Shown in pieces: positions 58,385-64,000 of a stretch of DNA of 64,000 nucleotides. The translations under genes and the position numbers were made by a program. Positions within the stretch are counted from its first letter, which is position 1, and the number at the start of each line of letters is the position of its first letter. The notes beneath the pieces are model-generated. The model saw only the letters and a program-made list of their open reading frames with translations, did not search any database and was not told the DNA's origin. Source of the DNA: Nitrospirota bacterium (lineage in GTDB: Bacteria > Nitrospirota > UBA9217); the NCBI GenBank assembly GCA_963840455.1, contig CAWIYV010000007.1, forward strand, positions 394,456 to 458,455, written 5' to 3'.

Positions 58385-59110
58385 CTAGGCGTTCTTCCCT
58401 ATCTTCTGCTTATTCAGATATTCGAGAAAGAACGCAAGGAACAGGGAAACGAACAGGCCGGTGAATCCGGCAAGTACCATGTTCAGGCTGATCTTGGGCC
58501 GGAATTTCTTTTCCGCAGGGATCGCCCGGTCCACGACCTGGATGGTCGTATTGATGGACTTATCCTTCAGGAACTCGGTCAGGGCGAAGACATAGAAATT
58601 GGCCATCTCAGCGGCCAGGACCGGGTCCTTCCATTCTATGGTGATGGTGACCGCTCCATCCTTGCTCTTCTTGAAATTAGCGACATCATCAAGGACCTTT
58701 TTGACCGCGTCCTGCATCAAAGGCGGCTTCTCCGGATCCTTCCATGCGTTCCTGCCTGCGTCCCAATCATCCTCATTGAACCGCTTGAGCAGATCAAACT
58801 TCCGGATCACCTGTTCCGCAATGGTCCGGCTTTTGAGCACGACCATGATCTTGTCCGCAGGCGTCTGGATCCCTGCTACGCCTGTCAATGCTCCGGCCAG
58901 CGGCATGTTCGAAAGTGCCGCGGCGAGCCCTCCTGCGTCAGGCCCTACCGGTATGAGCACAGTCTCGGACCGGAAGTATTTGGGCATCAGGAGGCTGATG
59001 ACCATGGCCAGAAGGACGGCTACTGAACAGATGGATATCACCATCTTCTTCCTGCGACAGAGCACGTTCCAGTAGTCTAAAAGATTGATTTCTTCGCTGT
59101 GATCGACCAT
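58385..59110 (-). CDS. Wzz/GumC-like polysaccharide chain-length determinant (short form)
   Basis: N-terminal EINLLDYWNVLCRRK, two TM flanking a periplasmic domain. Confidence 0.65.
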   Translation of the reverse strand: MVDHSEEINLLDYWNVLCRRKKMVISICSVAVLLAMVISLLMPKYFRSETVLIPVGPDAGGLAAALSNMPLAGALTGVAGIQTPADKIMVVLKSRTIAEQVIRKFDLLKRFNEDDWDAGRNAWKDPEKPPLMQDAVKKVLDDVANFKKSKDGAVTITIEWKDPVLAAEMANFYVFALTEFLKDKSINTTIQVVDRAIPAEKKFRPKISLNMVLAGFTGLFVSLFLAFFLEYLNKQKIGKNA

Positions 59111-59282
59111 AATCTTTTTTCCTCAAGCGCGTCTGCGGTGTCAAAAAGAACATTTCCTATCTCAATGGCCTCTTGCCAAATCGCAAGATCCTGATATCTG
59201 AATTTTGCCATTTTACCCTCAGGCCTCTGTCTTGGCACCTGCCCTCTGCCCTATGCTCCCTGCACTTTGCTTTCTGCTTTAT

Positions 59283-61496
59283 CTAGAAGAGGATCGTGAT
59301 CGTCGCAATGACCACCGCTGTCTTGAACAGAATATCGACGATATCCCTTGTATTGCGCATAGTGGCATAGCGCTCCACCTGCTGGGGCATGAACACGGTG
59401 TCTCCCGGTTCCAGGTTCTTTTTCAAAATATTCCCGACGCCTGGCGACTGGCTGCTGACCGCCATGCCGTTCGCCTGGAGCACGTAGAGCTGGTCCTCAT
59501 TGGCGTAATCGGTCTTGCCACCTGACTGATTGACATAGTCGCTCACGGTCAATCCGGGCAGATAGATATGGGCGCTCGGCGAGTGCACCTCGCCGAGGAC
59601 CATGACCTCCTGCGGCTTCTTGGGGACCAGGATGTCGTCCCCGTCCTGGAGCAGGAGGTCGTTCTTGGTCCCTGCCCAGGAGCTGATGTCTTGGGTGATG
59701 TTGATCGATACGCGGCCTTCGAACTGTTCCTGCAGGGCCTTCATGCTCGCCAGCAGGCTCTGGTTCATGCTGAATTGAGCCTTGGTAAAGGCCGCCTCCT
59801 CGGCGCTGATGGACGTGGCGGCGCCTGTCGCCGCTGACTGCCCGATCTGCTGCTGCATCCGGGTGATGAAGAGCTGGAGGTTCCTGCTCTCGGCGGACTT
59901 CACGTCCCTTCTCTTGAAGTTCGTGCCATAGGGATAGGCCTCGGCGGTGAAACCGCCAATGCGCCGGATGAGATCGCTCAGCCGCTCGCCGGATGTGATC
60001 TCGTACACGCCCGGGCTCAGCACCTCACCGTCGATCCTCACCTTCTCCGACTTGCGGAAGGCGCTGTACACATGTATGTAATCCTGCGGCTGGAGGAGGA
60101 TGTTCTGCGATTGATCCCCTGCATCCAGGGCCTGGAGATTCACCGCCAGGATCTTCCGGTCCTTGAAGTCCTCGGACAACCGCACGATCTCGGCCCGCTT
60201 CAGGTCAGCGGTGGGCCGTAGCCTGCCCAGGGAGATGATATCGCGGACCCGGAGGCCGGGCGTCCACTGGTAGGGGCCGGGTTGGTCCACCTCTCCTGCA
60301 AGGGTCACTGATTCCCATACCTTGTCGTAGATGGGGAAGACCGTGACGGTGTCCATGTTCCTGATCGGCTCGCGCAGCTCCGGCACCTGCTTCATAGCTG
60401 ATATATCGACAGAGGAAAGTTTGATGTCCAGCACGACCTGCTTCGTGTTGTTCGTGAAGCGGTTGAGCTGCACGCGGTTCCCGAAGGCGATGGGCATGAC
60501 GCCGCCTGCCAGCTGGAGGACATCGCCGATCGTTTCGGCGCCCTTCAGCTCGTAGATCGCCGGCCGGTAGACCATGCCCGAGACGCCCGCGATGGGCCCG
60601 ATAAGCGGGACGAACACCGTGTCCTCGCTCTGGAGTCTCACATCCTGGCTCCGGTCCCCTCTCAGCAGGAGATCGTAAAGGTCAATGGTCCTGACGACCT
60701 TGCCCGCGCGCAGCACCTGGACCGCGCGCAGGGTCCCCTTTTTTGTGGGGCCCCCTGCCGCAAAGAGCGCTCCATAGACCATTGTGAGGGAAGACAGGGT
60801 GTAATTGCCCGGGTTCGCCACCTCGCCGACAACATAGACTGAGATGGTCTTGAGATTGCCCATGGCTACGCTCAGGTTGAAGTTGCTGTAGTACTTGGAA
60901 AGATGGCGCTTCAGGGTCTTCTCAAGTTCGCCGAACCTGAGCCCTGCGACAGGGACAACGCCGACCTTCGGAAGCGTGATGTTCCCCTCCCTGGTCACCG
61001 TCAAGGTATAAAGACCTTCCGTGGTGCCCCAGAGCGTCAGCGTGAGCTGATCGCCCGGGCCGATGAGGTAGTCGGGGCCGACCGGCATCGACGCGGTTGG
61101 CACAAAAGAAGCGACGGTCTTGTTGAAAAGGTCATAGCCGAACTGCTGCAGGTCCGAAGGTGTCCGCGTAGGGAAGTGGCCGGACAAGGTCTGCTCGAAG
61201 AGCGAGGGAGCGGCTGCGGGTGCCGCTGCCTGCGTCGATGTGGCCTGTGTGACCAGATCCGGTGATTGAGCCCGGTCCCCCTGCTTCCGTTTGAACTCGA
61301 GGTATATCTTTTTCGCCCCGTCGATGTCTCCCTGCTGCAGTGCGCTGGAGAATTTCTGGGCTGCCTGAGGATCGCTTGACTGCATCTCCTGCACTGCCTT
61401 GTTCGCCATATCGGATCCCGGCATTGTTTGCGCCATGACAGGAGCTGCGGACGCCAGAAGGCACGAGGCGATCAGGAGAGGAAACATTTTTCTCAT
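59283..61496 (-). CDS. Polysaccharide export protein, Wza/OPX family with multiple SLBB domains (737 aa)
   Basis: Signal peptide, PES motif region (PGD.L.I), repeated SLBB-like beta-grasp units. Confidence 0.75.
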   Translation of the reverse strand: MRKMFPLLIASCLLASAAPVMAQTMPGSDMANKAVQEMQSSDPQAAQKFSSALQQGDIDGAKKIYLEFKRKQGDRAQSPDLVTQATSTQAAAPAAAPSLFEQTLSGHFPTRTPSDLQQFGYDLFNKTVASFVPTASMPVGPDYLIGPGDQLTLTLWGTTEGLYTLTVTREGNITLPKVGVVPVAGLRFGELEKTLKRHLSKYYSNFNLSVAMGNLKTISVYVVGEVANPGNYTLSSLTMVYGALFAAGGPTKKGTLRAVQVLRAGKVVRTIDLYDLLLRGDRSQDVRLQSEDTVFVPLIGPIAGVSGMVYRPAIYELKGAETIGDVLQLAGGVMPIAFGNRVQLNRFTNNTKQVVLDIKLSSVDISAMKQVPELREPIRNMDTVTVFPIYDKVWESVTLAGEVDQPGPYQWTPGLRVRDIISLGRLRPTADLKRAEIVRLSEDFKDRKILAVNLQALDAGDQSQNILLQPQDYIHVYSAFRKSEKVRIDGEVLSPGVYEITSGERLSDLIRRIGGFTAEAYPYGTNFKRRDVKSAESRNLQLFITRMQQQIGQSAATGAATSISAEEAAFTKAQFSMNQSLLASMKALQEQFEGRVSINITQDISSWAGTKNDLLLQDGDDILVPKKPQEVMVLGEVHSPSAHIYLPGLTVSDYVNQSGGKTDYANEDQLYVLQANGMAVSSQSPGVGNILKKNLEPGDTVFMPQQVERYATMRNTRDIVDILFKTAVVIATITILF

Positions 61497-61695
61497 ATAG
61501 CGAAGCTCCTCGGTAGGGGCTGAGAGATCAGGGACGGATCGGGAACATGATATGATGGCGAAACGAGAAGCGTGGGAAATATATCAGATTGGGGCGGGAA
61601 AATCAAATTATTTCAGGTTGTTCCGAACCGGATGCCCTCCGGTGATCGGGGCCGAAGCTCCACCGCATTGCTGCGAGGAATGCGCGCTCCAGGAT

Positions 61696-63726
61696 TCACG
61701 GATGAGGCGCCTGCTGCTCCTCGGTCACTCGATTTTCCCGAAAGATCTCATAGATGAGGTTCTTGAACGTGTCCCCGGACCCGTTCGGCCCCCCGTTCTC
61801 GGGCTGGAAATCGGGAACGAGCTTCTTGATCTTTTCCATGATCGCTCCCGAGAATCCCGCGGGGATGGCATGGAGCAGATCTTCGATGTCCTCCAGCGGC
61901 GACTTCCAGTCCTGCTGCTCACTGCCGGCTATCTTGATCTTGTCATGGAGCGTCGCCTTGATCTCCTCGCCGGCCGTCAGGAGCTCTTCATAAAGCTTTT
62001 CGCCGGGCCGGAGACCGGTAAACGTGATCCTGATATCCTTGTCGGGTTCAAGCCCTGAAAGCCTGATCATGTCTCGGGCCAGATCGACGATCCGGACCGG
62101 CTCTCCCATATCGAGGAGAAACATCTCCCCTCCCCTCCCCATAGCGCCCGCCTGCATGATGAGCTGGACAGCCTCGGGGATGGTCATGAAATACCGGTAG
62201 ATGTCCGGGTGCGTCACCGTCACAGGCCCGCCGCGCTCAATCTGGCGCCGGAACAGGGGGATCACGCTGCCCACGCTGTTCAGCACATTGCCGAACCGCA
62301 CCGTCACGAACTTCGTCGTGCTCGTCTGGCCCAGGGACTGGCAGACCATCTCGGCGAGACGCTTGCTCACGCCCATGATGTTCGTGGACCGCACGGCCTT
62401 GTCCGTGGACACCATCACGAACTTCTGCACCCCGTGGACCGCCGAGAGATAGGCCGTGTTCCAGGTGCCGAGAGCGTTGTTCCGCAGTGCCTCCACGGCA
62501 TTCGATTCCATAAGCGGTACGTGCTTGTATGCCGCTGCGTGGAACACCACCTGGGGACGGTACTGCGCCAGGGTCTCTTCCATGCGGGGCTTGTTCAGAA
62601 TATCGCCGATCACGGGTCGCACATCGGCGCCCGGGAACAGTTCCAGCAGGTCCATCTGGATCTGGTAGAGGTTGAACTCGTTCCGCTCGAACAGCACCAG
62701 CCGTTTCGGGCCGTAGCGCAGCACCTGGCGGCAGAGCTCGGAGCCGATCGATCCGCCCGCGCCGGTGATCATTACTGTCTTGCCGAGCAGGTACGCTTCG
62801 ATAGACAAGGTGTCGAGCCTCACGGGTTTGCGCTGCAGCAGGTCCTCGATCCTGAAGTCGCGCAACTCCCGGACAGTCACGCTGCCGTTCAGGATCGAGT
62901 CAATGCTCGGCAGCGTCTTTGCCTTCACGCCTGCACGGGCGCAGGTCATCATAATGCGCCGCTTCGCCGCGCCGTGCGCGTGCGGGACCGCCAGGAAAAC
63001 CATTTCGACCCCCTCGGACATCGCGATCCGGGGGATCTCCCGGGTGTTGCCGAGGACGCGGCAGCCGTGGATGCACAGGTTCCTCTTCTCCCGGTTATCA
63101 TCGACGAATCCCACAGGATGATACGCCAAGCGGTAATTTCCGAGGATCTCCCGCAGGATCATTTCTCCCGCCCTGCCCGCTCCCACGATGAGGACGTTCT
63201 TTGCCTCTTCTGCCCGGCCATTCATGCCGCCTGTCGAGAATCCGGTTCGGTAGAGACGATAGGCAAAACGGCTGCCGCCGATGAGGATGAGCGTAACGAA
63301 CCAGTCAATGATAAAGACAGATCGGGGATAAACGCTTTCCTGGACAAGGTAGAGCAGACTGACATACACGAGCGAACTGAGCGTAACGGCGCGGATGATC
63401 GAGAGTAGATCGCGGGCGCCCACGAACCGCCACATACCCTGGTAGAGGCCGCTGAACGCGAACACCGCGAGCCGAACCAGAATAACGAAAGGTAAAATAA
63501 CCAGAATGTTATAGATATGGGGGTCGATGATCAGTGTTCCGAAGCGGAGCGAGTAGGAAAGGAATATCGAACAGGCGATCAGGACAGCATCGATGAGCAT
63601 TACGATCATCTGTTTCAACCGGTTGTTCATCATGAAGACCATGAGCGGCACTTCCTCTACCAAGGATTGCTTGCGAAGAACGATTTTCCCGGGTTGTTTT
63701 TGAGGGAATAATCGCTGATCAACCAT
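61696..63726 (-). CDS. Membrane-anchored nucleotide-sugar 4,6-dehydratase/epimerase (CapD/PglF/WbpM family)
   Basis: N-terminal TM bundle, two Rossmann motifs (VLIVGAGRAGEM, VMITGAGGSIGSEL), SDR catalytic region. True start may be the internal MVFMMNN. Confidence 0.8.
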   Translation of the reverse strand: MVDQRLFPQKQPGKIVLRKQSLVEEVPLMVFMMNNRLKQMIVMLIDAVLIACSIFLSYSLRFGTLIIDPHIYNILVILPFVILVRLAVFAFSGLYQGMWRFVGARDLLSIIRAVTLSSLVYVSLLYLVQESVYPRSVFIIDWFVTLILIGGSRFAYRLYRTGFSTGGMNGRAEEAKNVLIVGAGRAGEMILREILGNYRLAYHPVGFVDDNREKRNLCIHGCRVLGNTREIPRIAMSEGVEMVFLAVPHAHGAAKRRIMMTCARAGVKAKTLPSIDSILNGSVTVRELRDFRIEDLLQRKPVRLDTLSIEAYLLGKTVMITGAGGSIGSELCRQVLRYGPKRLVLFERNEFNLYQIQMDLLELFPGADVRPVIGDILNKPRMEETLAQYRPQVVFHAAAYKHVPLMESNAVEALRNNALGTWNTAYLSAVHGVQKFVMVSTDKAVRSTNIMGVSKRLAEMVCQSLGQTSTTKFVTVRFGNVLNSVGSVIPLFRRQIERGGPVTVTHPDIYRYFMTIPEAVQLIMQAGAMGRGGEMFLLDMGEPVRIVDLARDMIRLSGLEPDKDIRITFTGLRPGEKLYEELLTAGEEIKATLHDKIKIAGSEQQDWKSPLEDIEDLLHAIPAGFSGAIMEKIKKLVPDFQPENGGPNGSGDTFKNLIYEIFRENRVTEEQQAPHP

Positions 63727-64000
63727 GACTCTAATTTTGTTCTGAGCACGATAATACTTAACTTAATCAGTAAAGTAAAGAATTTATATAGGGTATTTTT
63801 AGGGTATCCCACATTCCCATTCGCCCAACTCCGCATAGTGAAGATATTTGCTTATACACTCACCAAAAAGGAAGGAATGATAGCAACGTATTTTAGTATG
63901 TGATGTAAAGTGGGATCGTATAGAGGATACTCGGGCACTGACCGGATGGTATAGAATCATTCACCATAGACCCGTCATTTCCTTACTGACCTAAGATGTA

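Overview
High-GC (~62-65%) chromosomal segment from a diderm bacterium, densely coding on both strands. The six-frame track carries many long antisense or alternate-frame ORFs, which is normal at this GC; I kept the frame with recognisable motifs. Read left to right: (1) the 3-prime end of a cbb3-oxidase maturation module: a CPC-type Cu+ P1B-ATPase (ccoI/fixI-like, 5-prime end outside the window), an unannotated 47-aa ccoS/fixS, and a DsbD_2/TauE-like membrane protein. (2) TetR, outer-membrane factor and RND permease with no adaptor gene. (3) An MqnA/MqnD-family gene translationally coupled to a His-rich CDF metal exporter. (4) A complete bacterial ceramide (sphingolipid) core, cerR-spt-bcerS, followed by a CTP-transferase-family lipid-kinase-like gene and a convergent PAP2/sphingomyelin-synthase-like gene. 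(5) A MacAB-TolC-type tripartite ABC efflux system. (6) A minus-strand operon at 20.1-26.0 kb of secreted and lipoprotein genes: two tandem NosL-family Cu chaperone paralogs, two CxxC thioredoxin-fold proteins, a Cys4 lipoprotein, a small OM beta-barrel with a CC-GGGGG N-terminus, a 536-aa Met-motif-rich lipoprotein and a small Cys/His secreted protein. There is no nosZ or oxidase structural gene in the window. I read this as a candidate uncharacterised periplasmic copper-trafficking and thiol-redox system, and it is my best candidate for the novel system. (7) Housekeeping: mobA, tatA, recJ, relA/spoT, ridA, dnaE, tRNA-Cys, dus, an ADH. (8) A c-di-GMP/receiver-linked operon: RR-GGDEF, hypothetical, DUF815 P-loop ATPase, CheY-like receiver, Smr. 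A separate GAF-GGDEF gene is also present. (9) A umuC-like Y-family polymerase and a lexA gene, separated by a visibly AT-rich 2.3-kb insertion. The insertion carries two secreted hypothetical genes each followed by a ~50-bp GC-rich hairpin direct repeat, an iteron-like array of CATCTAC/GTAGATG motifs, and a BrnT/BrnA toxin-antitoxin pair. lexA has a consensus sigma70 promoter with a Cheo-like GAAC-N4-GTTC palindrome in the spacer and appears leaderless. (10) A degraded integrative-element remnant at tRNA-Gly(GCC): intact tRNA, a 45-nt duplicate of its 3-prime end 1.1 kb away, a ~57-codon tyrosine-integrase C-terminal fragment and an AT-rich lipoprotein cargo gene. (11) Heat-shock genes htpX, hsp20, lon, then lipA; a conserved ~32-bp palindromic element sits upstream of both hsp20 and lipA. 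(12) The start of a polysaccharide export locus (GT2, OM barrel, monoheme cytochrome c, Wzz-like, multi-SLBB Wza-like, CapD/PglF-like dehydratase) running to the window end. No rRNA, CRISPR array, reverse transcriptase or intact transposase was seen.
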